From Lama guanicoe (taxonomy: Eukaryota): 64,000 bases of DNA. The notes under the pieces are model-generated. The model was not told where the DNA came from. It made no database searches and saw only the letters and a program-made list of their open reading frames with translations. Within the stretch, counting starts at the first letter, position 1; each line of letters opens with the position of its first letter. The stretch lies in NCBI GenBank assembly GCA_013239625.1, contig MU053472.1:2825822-2889821 (forward strand), given 5' to 3'. Positions 27,997 through 41,499 of the stretch are shown in pieces. The translations under genes and the position numbers were made by a program.

Positions 27997-29827
27997 TCTC
28001 CTAATAATAGGCTAGCAGGTTATGACCGTATATATTTTTGGCCTAAAATGTCCCTCAACTTAGTTAAGTGTAAAATACATTGAACTCATCACAGTCTTCT
28101 AATTGTTGAAAAGGCCACTGCTCCAGATCTAATTTTTCACGAGGTAAAATTTTAAGTAAAAATCCAAATTTTAGAAAGCTACAACCTGGAAGACATTTTA
28201 GACACTTCTTTTTTGCAAGTCTGACTGATTTGGGGGATGGTTTCTTCAACTCTCTTTCTAGTATGTAAAAATATCATCTTATGTTCCTACGTGTAAAAAA
28301 TATGATTTTATTTTCATAGGGAAAACGCACAGCTTGTAAAACTACAACTTAAAAAACCCCACTTATCATTTTCTCTCAATCTACTCGTAAATGTTCATAC
28401 TGTTTTTCATAATTAATGCAATCTCAGCAAAACATCTTCACCAAAAAGATGGGGGAGTAAGCGTAAGGTCAAGAATTAAGATAGCAAAAGGAATAATAGT
28501 CTAGAGTTGGGAGATTCAGCTAACTGAGAGACCTCAGGAATGTCATTTCACACCCTAATTCTCTTTCCTCATCCAATTATCAGGCACACAGAATAAAAAA
28601 CTGACATAATTTTCTTTCTATTCTAATAGTCTATGAATTCTACCCAGCCCAAGGCCAGGGTTTTTGATTTACATAATAACTCCTTCTGTATAGTGATTTA
28701 TAGTTTACATGTAGATTAGCTAACATGATGCTAGCAGCCATTATTAGTATAGACCCCACCCTCCACCCCCTACTCCTTCAGGACAAGAACAACAGATATT
28801 AGAGATTCAGGTGAAGAATAAATATATTATGGAATAGCTATGTATAAAATGTTTACAGGAAAAAATGCAATTACAAATATGAGCATACAATAAAAACTAT
28901 CACAACTAAACAGATTTGAAGGAAGGAAAAGCAAATGTAACTTCTAAAAATAAAAAATATAACTGTTGAAATTAAAGGCCAATGCATGGATTATATAGCA
29001 GATCAGAAGTGAACTGGATGAGCTATTCACAAAATTTATTAAGACTGCAGCGAGATAAAATGGAAAATGTAAGTAAGAGACATAGAGGACAGAATGAGAA
29101 GGTCTATCATTTGTTTGACTGGAACCCCAGAAAAATAGAAATAATGGGAGAAATGTAAATTAAAAAAAAATGAAGGCCTAGTTTTTTCAGAAATGAGCTC
29201 ACAGATCTAGGAACAAATGAAAATAAATCCCATCCAGGAACTAAAAACTACAGACCACTAAATCAAAGATCTCTTAATCTTCAAAGAAGTCAAAAAGAAA
29301 GGACTGACTGCTGAAGATGGGAACAGTTAGAATGAAAGCAGAATTCTCAGAAATAACAATGAAAGTGAAAGCAAACAATGGAATTATATCATCCGAATGT
29401 GTGCCCAACAAAATAAAGACATTAATAGTAAGCAATAAATCAGAGAGTTTGCCACCCGATCTGCTAAAAAAGAAACTTCTAAAGAATATTCTATAAGAAG
29501 AAAGCAATAATCCCCCAAATTGGATGAGATATGCAAAATGTAGAAAAATAAAATGGTAAATATAAAGGCAAATTGTCAAAAGTTTGTATAAAATAATGAG
29601 TCTAGTTTGTGATCATTTTTAAAAGAACTGAAATTTGGACAATGGTATATAAATCAGGAAGAGAGAGATTAGAGCTAAAGTGTTCTAAAGTTGGTGAGTA
29701 TCAAAATAGTACTTCTTGGAAACAAGTCTAAATATGTGAATAATCAAAATAAACAGATTAAACTCATCCCTTTAAAAACTGGCTGCAAATTATATTTTTT
29801 AAAAATCCACATTTTTAAAAATAAGGA

Positions 29828-29971
29828 GGGGGAGGGTATAGCTCAAGTGGTAGAGTACATGCTTAGCATACGCAAGGTTCTGGGTTCAATCCCCAGTACC
29901 TTCTCTAAAAATAAATAAACCTAATCACCTCCCCCGACAAAAAATAAGTAAAATTATTTTTAAAAAACATA
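29828..29971 (+). mobile_element. Camelid tRNA-derived SINE (Vic-1-like) with TSD
   Basis: ggggagggtatagctcaagtggtagagtacatgcttagcatacgcaaggttctgggttcaatccccagtacc; TSD aaaaataagga at 29817-29827 and 29972-29982. Confidence 0.9.
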
Positions 29972-32052
29972 AAAAATAAGGATATAGAAAGGTTAAAAAT
30001 AAGACAAAAGTCATCGTTAGGAACAGAGAACATAATAATAAAAGGTTCAACTCACCAAAAAAACTGTAACAATTCTAAATCTGAATGCACCTAGTAGAAT
30101 ATAGCATCAAAATTTGTAACATTAAAATAGATAAAAATACACAGAGCTAGATTCAACATTTTACTGGGCGATTTCACAGAACGACTGTTAATTACTGGTA
30201 TCTCAAGCAAATAAAAAACAAAATCAAGTAAAATAGTAGATTTAACAATAAAATTAATAACTAAAATGTAGGAAGGGATATGTATAAGATTCAGCATCTA
30301 ACAAAGAACACAGATTTTTTCATAAGCCACTTATGATCAAGTCAAGAAATAAGTAACAAATTCCAAACAATGGGTATCATAGACCACATTTTCAACCAGA
30401 AATTATGTCAAACTTTAGCAACAAAAATATAAGATTTGCACATATTTAGAAGTTAATGTACACAGTTCTAACTAACTCAGGTCAAAAGGAGAGAAAAGTG
30501 AAAAATGCTCAGAACTACTAGAACTATTAAGTGAATTTAGCAAGGTCACAGGATAAAAAGTCAAAACCAATACTCTCTATTATATACCTGGAATAAACAG
30601 AAAGTTAAATTTTTAAAAATTTCATTTACAATAGCATCTGAAAATATGAAATACTTACAGGTAGGTTTGACAAAATATGTACAAGATCTATTCCAAAAAA
30701 ATTTTTTTAAAGAAATCATAGATGACCTAAATAAATGGGGAAATACATATCATGCTCATCACTTGGAAGGTTCAATATTGTTACTATGTCAATTTCCCTC
30801 AATCTGATGTATAGGTTTAACGCAATCTCAATCAAAACTCAAGCAAAGTGTCAAATGGATTCAAATTTATATGGAAATGCAAAGAATTTATAATAGATGA
30901 AACAATTTAGATAAAGAATAAAGTTGGAAGACTTGCACTAATCGATTTCAAGACTTCCTTTACTATAAAGCTACAGTGTGGTTTTGGTAAAGGGATAGAT
31001 ACCATTCAATGGAACAGAACAGAGAATACAGGAAAGACCCACATATATAAGGTCAATTAATTTTCAACAAAAGTGCAAAGCAATTTAATGGTGAAAAGAA
31101 AGTCTTTTCAACAAATGGTGCTAAAATAACTGCATGTTCTTTTGAAAAATGAACATTGACCCTTATCTCTCATATTCAACAACTGATTTGAAACAGATCA
31201 TAGACCTAAATGTACGAACTAAAACTATAAAGCTTCTAGGGAAAAAAAAAGAAACAGGAAAAATCTTGCAATCTTGGGGCAGACAAATATTTCTCAGGAT
31301 TTAAAAAGAATCAAAAATATTTATAAGCTGAACTTCATCAAGTTTAAAAACTTGTTCTTTGAAACACATTGTTAAAAAAAGGTAAGCCATGGAACAAGAG
31401 AAAATACTTGCACTACATGTATATGACAAAGTTCTTGTATCCAGAGTATAGCTGTCTCTCTCTATGGATATGTTATATAGATATGGAGATAGACAAACGA
31501 ATCAAGAAACAGAAAAAGGGACTTCTCAAAAGATTCTTCTGTATTTGGAACTCTATGTGACAGAGATGGCAAGACAGATCAGTGGGGAAAGAAGAGACTA
31601 TTCAAACTGGTTATCCATAAAAGAAAAGAAAATTTGGATTCTACTTTGAGCCGTGCACAAAATTCAATTCCAAATGGATTAAAGATTTAAAAATCAAGAA
31701 GCAAAAGTTTTAGAAGAAAACATAAACAGCGTTCTGCCTTGGGGTAGGGAAGGATTTCTTGAGACACACAAAAGAGCTATTCATAAAGGAAAAGACTGAT
31801 AAATTGGACAGTATTGTAATTAAAACTTAAATTCATCACAAGATTCCTTACATGAGAAGATAAACCAGAGAAACATATAAGTAAAAAGGACTAAAAGGCA
31901 GACTATATCAAGAATTTAAAATGTTAAGAAAAAGAGAAACAACCTTATAAAACTAACAGGCAAAAGACATGAAAAGTATTTCATAGCAGAGGATCTACCT
32001 GACCTCAATGGCAATCAAAAAATATAAATCAAGATCATAATGAGGTATCATT

Positions 32053-32480
32053 TGTATCCATAATCTTTTGCTGTGTAACAACTTAGCTCCAAAACTTAGT
32101 GACTTAAAAAAATCATTTAAAATTTCTCATGATTTTGTGAGTTAGGCTGGGCAGTTCTGGTGCCGGCTGGCTTGGCTCTCGTGCTAGACAGGACTAAGCT
32201 GGGATGCCTTGTCTTTGTTCCACCTGGTCCTCTTTGACCCAGTAGGTTAGCCTGAGCTTTTTTCACACGGTGGGCTCCGGGTTCCAAAGAGCAGTAAGAG
32301 AAGTCAGGCTTTTCAAGACTCTCCTTGGTCACACTTGCTGATGTCCCTTTGGCCAAAACAAGTCACACAGCCAAGTACAGAGTCTAGGGGTGGAATAACA
32401 GACTCTAGAAGTAAAATCATATTGCAGAGGGGTATGTATACAATGATGAGATGAATTTGTGACCATTTTATAATCCAACA
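32053..32480 (-). mobile_element. MLT1-type MaLR LTR
   Basis: ttgctgtgtaacaacttagctccaaaacttagtgacttaaaa; cacacttgctgatgtccctttggccaaaacaagtcacacagccaag. Confidence 0.8.
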
Positions 32481-32799
32481 ATCAATTTTATAATTCACTA
32501 CATCATTCTTTACATGCTTTCTTTTCCTTTGGCAAAAACTAGGAAGGATGGTAATAGCAAAGTTTGGGAAATAGCTTATAAAGTTGAATACTGGTATACC
32601 CTTGCTAGCAATTCTGTGCCTAGGTATATAGCCAAAAGAACCTCTTGCACATGTGAAGAGCTGATGTGTACAGTAATGTTTTTAGCCACACTGGTCTTAA
32701 CAGCAAAATCTATAAGCAACTCAAATGTCCACTGTCAGGAAGTCAAATAAACAAAGTTATAGTTACACAATGGAATATTATACAGCTACGGAAATGAAT

Positions 32800-33125
32800 T
32801 TTTTCATTTACTCATTTAACAAATATTACTAAGTATATACTACTTGTCAGGCATAGTTTGAGATGCTAGAAATACAGCAGTGAACACACAGAAATTCAAA
32901 CATGTACCAGAAAGTAGTAAGTGCTACAATTGAAAAATAAAGCAATTTGGTGTGTGTGTATATGTGTTTGTGCACAATATTGAACAGGGTGGATAGAGAA
33001 GCTTTCTCTCAGAATCTGACCTTAGAAAAGGACCATGAAAAATATGGGGAAGAGCACTACAGTGAAAGAGAAAAAAAGTCGTACAAAGACTTTGAGGCAG
33101 GAATCTGCCTGGCATGTTTTAACTA
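32800..33125 (-). mobile_element. L2 3' fragment
   Basis: tcatttactcatttaacaaatattactaagtatatactacttgtcaggcatagtt..agatgctagaaatacagcagtgaaca. Confidence 0.75.
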
Positions 33126-33491
33126 GCAATAGTTATTAAGGTTACTGATAAATTCAAATATTCAAATTCCTAAAAAGCATAGTTCTATAGATACAGAGAT
33201 TCTAGAGATCTCTCTGATTATTTAATAAAAATTAAAGAAAATTCCTCTGCCCCACAAAAGCAGTACTAAAATCTCCTCTAAATAGACCTTAAAAACTCAA
33301 TAAAGAATGAAAGAAACTTGTATATTCTCTTGATTAAATGCTTTTGAACGTGGTGGCCTAAAAGTTACTGGAAGGAACCAGTCTTAATGATGAGGTTAGA
33401 AGTGGCTAATCAGATTAACCAATACTACTTTACTGAATTTATCCCGTTCTGTAGACCAGTGGGCAGCATTTGACAGAGTCTAACATTTCTT

Positions 33492-33583
33492 TTCTTTTTT
33501 TTAATTGGAGGTATTGGGGACTGAACCCAGGACCTCATGCATGCTCAGCACATGCTCTACCACTGAGCTATACCCACCCCCTG
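33492..33583 (-). mobile_element. Camelid tRNA-derived SINE (Vic-1-like) with TSD
   Basis: Reverse of gggtatagctcagtggtagagcatgtgctgagcatgcatgaggtcctgggttcagtccccaatacc; TSD aacatttctt at 33482-33491 and 33584-33593. Confidence 0.9.
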
Positions 33584-33749
33584 AACATTTCTTAATGAGG
33601 TCTGAATAAGCTGACTTTCGTATGCTTTAAAATATTAAAGAAAAAAAGTGAAAAAAACCTCGCTCCCCTCTGTCATCTAATACTCTCCCTGCAAGGGGTA
33701 ACCACTTTTACTAGTTTTGTGTATCTGATCGTTCTTTCTTCAAACATTC

Positions 33750-34675
33750 CTTAGTCACCGTTGCCAGTTCTCTATTTTACCTGACCTCGGCCCTCTGCTC
33801 TTCCCTGTCTCCCCAAGTAACTTACGTGGCTCCACAGTTTAAAATACTACTCCGAACTTGTACTTCTGGTCCTGACCTCTAGATGTGTATACCAAATAGC
33901 AGCACTCGGATAATTAATTTCTAAGCATCTCAAATTTAACATGTACTTTCTTTTCCTTCCCTAGCCCCCTTCTTGTAACAAACCTGGTCCTTCTCAAAAC
34001 TTCCCTCTTCCAGTACTTGGTACAACCATCCACCCAGTTACTAAATGCAGAAGCACAGTCATCCTTGACTCTTCTCATTTCCTTACTCCTCACATCTAAC
34101 CCAGGACCAAGTCCTATTCCAGATAGATTTAGTATCCACCCACTGCTCTCCACTTTTTTGCCACTACTCTGGTCCAGGCTATTTTCATCTCTCACTTGGA
34201 CTACTCCAATGGACTCCTAACCTCTCTCCATTTCTACTCTTGTTCCCTTCAATTCATCCTTCACAAATGAGCAAGAGTAAACTTCTTATAAATCGTATTA
34301 CTCTCCTATTTCAAACTGTAGAATGATTTCCTATTATACTCAAAATCAAATCCAAATTCATTTGCATGGACTGCAAAGCTCTATGTAACCTGGACTATGG
34401 CTGTTTCCTACATCATCTCATGTTCTATATTCTAGGTATACTGTGCTAGCGTCTTAAACAGGCACATATCCACACTAACTCTCTCAGACCCTTGCCTGTT
34501 TCCTTCATAACATTTATTACACAGTGCTTAGTCTTTCATTTTTTGTATTTTTTTCCTCTATCAGGCTCCTAACTAAAATATCTATTGGCCTTTGTTTCCC
34601 ACTGTTTTCCCCAGAACCTGGTAAAAGGCTCAAGACACTAGATGTTTGTTCACTGACTGGATGAATGAACAGATA
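33750..34675 (+). mobile_element. L2 fragment reaching its 3' end
   Basis: gcatctcaaatttaacatgt, catccacccagttactaaatgcagaa, atcaaatccaaattc, ends gtttgttcactgactggatgaatgaa. Confidence 0.8.
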
Positions 34676-35039
34676 GACAAGGCAATAGATATCACTGCAA
34701 AATGATCTTCTCATGCAAAGAAAGTAAGTGCTAGAAGACATCATTAAAAATCAAATCTCCAAATTGCAATTCCGAAACTCTGTGGTATGGCCTAACAAAT
34801 ATCATATAAACTGTTAATAGTAACGCAAAAAGGTTGAGGTAATGGCCTACAAAAAGGACACATTTGGTAAAGAATCCTGCATATGTTGTAAAATATTCCC
34901 AAAATGAAATATATATTTATTTATTTACTGAAACTATATTAATAATGAGCAAATAATAATCAAGTAAAAAGAGACACAAAGATATGCTTTCAAAAGAGGG
35001 TTGAGAAAGAGTTCTTAGCAACTGCTTGGTAAGCCACAA

Positions 35040-35270
35040 GATAATGATGATGTAACAATCATAGTTAACTACATGCCAGGCACTGTTCTAAATGCTTTAC
35101 TTAAATGTATTCATTCACCCCTAACAATAAAGGCATGTACTGACTTCAACAGCTAGGAAGAAACTGAGATAGCAAAAAATTAAATAACTAGCCCAAGGGT
35201 TGCACAGCAGTAAATTTGGAATTTGAACCAAGGAAATCTAAATTCATAGCTCAGGCTCTTAACGCTATCT
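35040..35270 (-). mobile_element. MIR SINE
   Basis: ctacatgccaggcactgttctaaatgctttac...gaaactgagat...aaataactagcccaagg...ggaatttgaacca. Confidence 0.75.
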
Positions 35271-38200
35271 ACCTAGTCCTTCCAGGAAAATCTATAAAGA
35301 CTCAGATTATTATTAATGAACCTCAAGAACAAGAGAAAAAACCACAATAACCTACTGAAGATTGTATTTCTAGAATATTGACAAACTCTTTACAGTTAGA
35401 CCAGCTGGGATAGGATTACTCAATGGACTGCCCTTGCTTAATTTAAAAATGCCTCAAACTTTAAGTATCATCTTTTATCTGACACAGAAAGTACATCTTG
35501 TTCAAATTTCCAAAACCTTTCAGGAACATATAATTTTGAAATGAGTTTTACTTAAGGGTTTAACATGATACATAATAGCAGTTAAGTAAACTCATACAAA
35601 GTTGCTTTCTTAGACAAAAAAGGAGTTTCTTGAAGCAATAAATACTTTAAAAGCTTACTGCCCAAAATATTTGCAAATCTGAAAACAGATTAACTAACAC
35701 AACAACAAGCAAGTTATCAATTTCCGTTTCAGTTCATCCAATCTGTTCCTGAGGTTACAAAGAATTCTCTAATCTGGAGTTTATTTCCATACCAAAGAGA
35801 GAGAAACACCAACAACGAGCACTTTTAGGCAAAACAACAGTAATAATAAACACCTGGCACTATAATCTCCAAGAAAGGGAAGAGACTAAACAAGTTTTGT
35901 GAAATCAGTGGAAGCAAAAGGATTCCCAACAAGACAAAAAAATAACTCTTTTACAGTGGCTATTTACCCAGAGTGAAATAATTCTATGAAAATTACAAAC
36001 AGCTTGAGGAAATTTTTTTTATCAGAAGCAAAGAAATAACACAGCTTTCTTTTCATCAACAACACTCACTCAGTAGAGCCATGTGTTACAAAGATCCTGT
36101 CTTTTCCACTTGCTAGAAAGAAGACACCTTGATACCTGATAGTAATGAAGCATAAACTCAGAGCAACTGTTCTGAATAGAACTAATTTTTTTCTTTCCTT
36201 ATTCCATTCCACTGCAAATCCTGCCAAGCATAGTTTTTGTTTTCCTAGAACTCATACAACTAAATCAGCTAAAAAGGGAAAAATACGTACACACATGTAG
36301 ATCCCTTTAATACATAAGAAACCATTTTCATGCAAATCAGGAAGTATTACCAAACCAAATAAAGATACCCGGAGACAACCTAAGCAGAAAGAAAGCACAC
36401 TTGGGACCTCATTTCCAGTTCAGGTTCTGGCACTACCTAAGCCATATGACTTCAGGCAAGCCAATTACTGATTGTTTCTGGGCCCTAATTTTCTCCTCTG
36501 TTAAATGAGAAGAATCTATGTGTTCACAGAGGGAGCTTCTAATTTTAAATTCTGCTTTCAGAAGAATGACAAAGTTTCTTAATATAAGCATATATACATA
36601 AATAGGGCTTTAGTTAACTACAGGTAAGCACCCAAAACTTCAACTCCCTCTGCACTTTGAAATTCTTGAGTGACAATACACGATGGCCAAAGAGATCAAA
36701 TTTAAACTCCCAGATGCAAAACTATACTCATTTTCCAGCCACCTACTTATTAACCAAGGTGACTAATTCAATTGATTACAGTTTCAAACTACTCCTGGCT
36801 AGCTTTTATTGTGTTCGAAAGTAGGACAAAGATCATCTCAGAAAAGTGTGTGACAATATTTTCTGATCAATAACCCATTTAGTATTAAACAAAATCAAAT
36901 TTTGAAATGATGCAAAGTAACAGTATTCTGCACTGATATATTTCCTGCTTTCAGCGTACAATGACAATATCACCATATTTTCATTTATGTAGTGATTTCA
37001 CATTTACTATCTCACTTATTCATTGTGTAGTCTTATGAAGTGAGCAATATTTTAATCAACACAATCCAGATCAGCTGAGAAAATTAGGTAACTTGTCAAC
37101 ATACAGTCAGTGCTGACAAGTGCTGGAGCCCAGACTTCAATCCAGGTTTTCTGATTTAAAGTTAAATAATCTTTGCAATCATAAAAAGCGGTAATCAAGT
37201 CAAAGTCAGGAAGAAGTTGGAAAGTGAGAAAATCTGGACAATTGGTCCCTAGATAACTGAACTGAATAAAAAGAATATAAGACCAAGTTTGGCAGTTATA
37301 AAGTCAAGAAATAAATTTATCAGATGTTAAAACTAATGATTCTAATTTATATAATTCCACATCTCAAAAAATTTTGTCACTTCATTTCAAAGACAAACGT
37401 GAAAAAAATTTCTAAGTCAAAAATAATATGTAAATTAAAGTAGCTATAAGGCATTAAATTGCTAAAAGGCATTAAATCATTTATTGAAGAATTTCAGAAA
37501 CTTGGTTATTCTGGAACATGAATCACAGGAATTAAACTGTATTAACCAAGCAGGATATATACCTCAAAGGGAAAAAATGCTTCAGTGTTTTAAAATAATA
37601 TAGACAAAGTAAAATATAAAAGATTTCTTCTGTAGAGTCATTTCACACCTATACAAATCAGCCACATTTGTCTGGGTGAGTACCACCACCTCTTCCAAAG
37701 GTCAATAAAACTGTAATCCAGAATGCATAAAATGTTGCCTAGAAGGTAAGTTTCTTACTATCATCATTTATGCTAAGAATACACAACAAAAATCAGAGCT
37801 GATGATAATACAATTAACAGGTAGTAGCAGTTAGAACATTAAATTTTCTATCATTACATTAGAAATACTTGTACAAACTTCTCCGAAGGATCAGTGGAAT
37901 GTGTCTACAAAATTTCTGAAGAGCCCCAAAAAGAGAATGGAAAGGTATCAAAGTTAGGAAAAGGAGCTATGTTGTCAAGACAGGAAAACAGTGCCAGAGC
38001 CTATGTATTATGAGATTTCTGCAGGAATTTGCAGAAAAACAAAAGGTAATAGTGTAAAATTTAGGTCATAAATCTTAGCAGCGTGACACTGGGTCACATA
38101 TGGCTTCTTGGAAGTTTAGAGATTAAGACAACCTTCACGTTTTATTGCAAATGTCTCCACTGTAATGAAATAAAAAGGTCAGTGGGTCAGGGGTTTGGAA

Positions 38201-38742
38201 AAGGCAGAGAACGCTATTCTTCATGAAAATAGCGGGCGATAATCTTCAGGTCATCTGCAAGAGATCTACGGAGCCAAGGCCCCATTCCATTGGTCACCAA
38301 CGTTTTAGGTGGCACTTGAACCTCTGAATTCTGTTTAGAAATGGATGCGTTAGTGTTTGGGGAGAGCAACTGACCGACCCTGAGAAACAGCTTGGTCATC
38401 AGCAGGGAAGATCTTTCTTCATTTATTCCAAGGTCCTAGACACCCGAGGAGGAAGAGGAGACGGGTATTCTATAGAAGCTTAGAACGGCTTGCAAGTCCG
38501 CGGCGATGAGAGGCTGGGAGTCCAGTGCATGGGTTCAATGTGCCGGTAGCCAACCACCGGGAGGCGTCCCAAAATAACCTGGTTCCTGCCAGACTGAGAC
38601 AGTCAGCAGCGCCCTAAAACACTGCTTGAAGTCGAAATCACGGTGCCCCAGATCTGCACCGTCTAAGTGAGAGCGCTTCAGAAGAAGCCAAGCTCTGAGG
38701 ATAGTCTCGCGCGTCCGTCCCCAAATCCCCGCGCTCGCTTAC

Positions 38743-38850
38743 CTACCGCTCTGACTCCAGCTTCTCCGGATCTCCGGATCCTGGAAGCGGCTTCCGACCC
38801 ACTCTCACACCCGCCGCTGGGCTCCGGCCAACCGGAACTCGCCTTCGTCA
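38743..38850 (-). other. VMP1: VMP1 non-coding exon 1 (TSS approximate)
   Basis: Within CpG island; strong donor TAG|gtaagc at 38743/38742, tandem alternative GCG|gtaggt at 38747/38746. Confidence 0.7.
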
Positions 38851-39039
38851 CTTCCGGTCCGTTTCCCCCGCCCCACCCTGGGAGACTGCCTCCAAAAGAG
38901 AAGCGTTCCCCTCTCCTTTTGGCCACCTCCGCTGATTGTCGCGGGATTTCAGCTCGGGTCTAGGTCAGGGACCTGTGGGCGGGGCGAAAGGAAGAATGAC
39001 TGTTCTCTTCGCGGTTCTTGATCCGGAACTTGTTGTCTA

Positions 39040-39138
39040 AGAGACCCCGGAAGAGGTAACTCGCACGAAAGAAGCGTGTTCGCTACCCAGAAGTGAAGAA
39101 CGCGAAGTCGCGGGTGAAACAGAGGAGAGGTACTGTAG
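39040..39138 (+). other. PTRH2: PTRH2 non-coding exon 1 (TSS approximate)
   Basis: CpG-island edge, ends ...gtactgtag|gtaggt; other possible donors at 39055/39056 (gag|gtaact) and 39129/39130 (gag|gtactg). Confidence 0.65.
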
Positions 39139-40749
39139 GTAGGTCGGTCCCTAAGGGGGCGAAGGAGAAGGATGTTATTCTCCGTTCTCTCCGCAGTTGA
39201 AATGCTTCTTCTCATCTCATTCTTTATCCACCCCCTCGCCCTCCTCCAACCTTTCATCTTCTTTATAAACGGTCTTCCGCCCAGTGGCCGCTGGAGCCAC
39301 TGTTCTGGTTCGGCCAGTCTTTTGGAAGGAACCAAGCTGCTGGGGAGGGGAAGGACCCAGAATTTCTAGTTTCCAGGCAACGCCTCCATAGGCAGTATCG
39401 ATGCACTCGCCCCGAAAGTCAGAAGATACCGAGTAGGCCTCACGCTCTGATGAGTATTAGTTGAATACCCACAGCGTATCAAGTTGTTGAGTCCTACGAA
39501 GAAAGAAAAGATCTCTAAGAATATGATCCAAAAATTTGACCTCCTGTGTTACACAGATACAATGTTTAGAGAAGTATTTACTCCTTCAAATTGTACCCCA
39601 GGAACTGTGCTGGACGTTAAGAATATGATCTACAGTGGTTATGTATAATTGCTACAGCGACTCTAAAAAGTAAATAATTAAGGTTACCGGGGGATGGTAA
39701 AGACTTAAGAGACAGGTTGCACTGAACTACAGCTTCATGGGTGAAGAGGATGTTTGTATGTTCAAGTGAAATTGCTGTTTGGAAATACATAGTAATTTGG
39801 TGTGGCTGAATAGTACAGTATGTAACAGGAAAGTAGGTTAGAAGGGTAAAGTGGATCAAAACCAAATTGTGTAGTGCTCTGAATTCGTGCTATGGGACCC
39901 AACGAACGAGTCCACGTGCCTGATGGGTAGCAAAGGCAATAATACTGACAACCCGAGTTGTGGTGAAGGAAAGGAGTGTTCGTTGTGGGGCCCTGCCCCA
40001 AGCAAGGGAGTGGGCGATAAGCCTCATTTCCACTCCAGTTTGGTCTTGGAGTTAGTTTTTTCGCTTGGTTGGTTGGTTGGTTGGTTTTTTTAAGGAGAAG
40101 AACAGAGAGGCTTAGATTAATCATCTCTTGACATTTCTGTGACACTTTTTAATTCAGGAGTCAGGATATCTCTGGTTTATGATTTTCCTGGCCAGGTGGT
40201 CCCTGGCTCAAGGGTCTGTTAGTTCATCTTGCCCTGGCGAAACAACCAGAGTTTGTATGTTAATGATGATATCTACACAACAGCAGTTTTAGTCATTGAC
40301 TCTGGTTGATTAGTGTTGAATTAGTGCAGGATTGAGATCACAGCAGACAAGAAAGGGAATAAAATTTTGACTAATGAAACTAATTATAAACCCAATAAGA
40401 GGACTCAGTTTTAGGGGAACTCAGTTTCGTTATACCTTACGCATTTATCCAGTGATTTTTGAGCAGAGAAGTTACAGGATGAGATTTGTGCTTTAGAAGC
40501 GCAATTAATTACAACGTCAGATGGACTAGGGTGATCTAAAGCACAAGTGAACCAAATGTGGAAAGATTACAGGAAGTCTGAGATGGAAGGGAAAATACTG
40601 AGTTCAGTTTAGGACACAGTTCAGGCTACTTCATATTCATCTAAGCGATGAGATATAGCAGAAGCTGAAAGTTCAGGCGTGGAGCCTGGGAGAGGCTTTA
40701 GGATTCCTCAGCATATGATGGTTCAGGAATAAATGAGATTGTTCATCTG

Positions 40750-40890
40750 ACAAACTATTGTCTGTCTCCTCCTACTAGAATGTTAGCTCCATGAACAGTG
40801 GGACTTTGTTTTGCTCAGTGCTTTATCTCCAGGGTCCAGAACAGTGCACAGTAGGCCCTCAGTAGATATTGATTGATTGATTGAATGGAA
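40750..40890 (+). mobile_element. L2 3' end
   Basis: gtctgtctcctcctactagaatgttagctccatgaacagtgggactttgttttgctcagtgctttatctccagggtccagaacagtg. Confidence 0.8.
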
Positions 40891-40905
40891 AGAGATTATA
40901 TAGAC

Positions 40906-41122
40906 CAGCCCTGTCCAGTAGAACTTTCTGCCATGAAAGTCATGGAAATGTTCTCTGTCTCACTGACTGATGGAACAGCACCTAGCCACTTTTAAGTTGT
41001 TGAGCTATTGAGCACTTGAAATGTGGCTAAGTGCAACAGAATAACTGAATTTTAAAATTTGGCCGTAATTAATTTAAGTTTAAATAACATTTGGCTAATG
41101 GTTGCTACATAGGACGACATAC
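40906..41122 (+). mobile_element. MER3/MER33-like hAT-Charlie MITE
   Basis: cagccctgtccagtagaactttctg...gctattgagcacttgaaatgtggcta...aactgaattttaaa. Confidence 0.8.
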
Positions 41123-41449
41123 GTACAGACTGAGGGCTAATGTTTAAGCTTGGGTGATAGATAAATCAGGGGCAAACAGAGGATGTATAGCCAGAGAAAG
41201 ACTATGGAAAAAAGCTGTCAGAAAGGTAGGATGATAATAGGGTGAAAATTGAGTTAAGGAATTCAAGGGAAGAAAGTTAAGGAAAAGTTACCAATGAGTG
41301 GTGCCAAAAACTAAAGAGACCTCATTTGGCAGTTGGCTAGTTTCTGATTCCTTAGGAATTTCAGTTGAGTGAGGAAGGGAGGCAGGTAACTGAAGAAGTT
41401 TAGAGGAAAAGTGAGACAGTGATTTAAGGGTCAAAGAGGATTCAGGAAG

Positions 41450-41499
41450 GTTTGGTTTGGTTTGGTTTGGTTTGGTTTGGTTTGGTTTTGTTTTGTTTT
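41450..41499. repeat. (GTTTG)n/(GTTTT)n microsatellite
   Basis: tttggtttggtttgg...ttttgttttg pentamer run. Confidence 0.9.

Larger units (their letters stand above)
28850..32790 (+). mobile_element. Ancient L1 (L1ME/L1MC-type) ORF1-ORF2-3' fragments with nested SINE and MLT1
   Basis: A-rich decayed L1 motifs (ctactagaactattaagtgaatttagcaaggtcacaggataaaaagtcaa, gtcttttcaacaaatggtgct, agatcatagacctaaatgta). Confidence 0.8.
12448..38850 (-). other. VMP1: VMP1 (vacuole membrane protein 1/TMEM49) gene, exons 1-5; continues beyond left edge of window
   Basis: Four GT-AG bounded coding exons (76+136+91+111 nt) join in frame to [26 protein letters not shown]...[11 protein letters not shown], the VMP1 N-terminus; CpG-island first exon; known synteny with PTRH2 and CLTC. 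Confidence 0.96.
38490..39320. promoter_or_regulatory. CpG island / bidirectional promoter of VMP1 and PTRH2
   Basis: Only CpG-dense region of the window; several ETS/GABP cores (CCGGAA at ~38832, ~38852 reverse, ~39023, ~39047), GC boxes (ccccgccc ~38866, gggcgggg ~38977), divergent first exons ~200 bp apart. Confidence 0.9.

Noticed and set aside
38667..39369. Several 65-128 aa ORFs over the promoter
   Set aside because: Expected in a GC-rich CpG island; no recognisable domains
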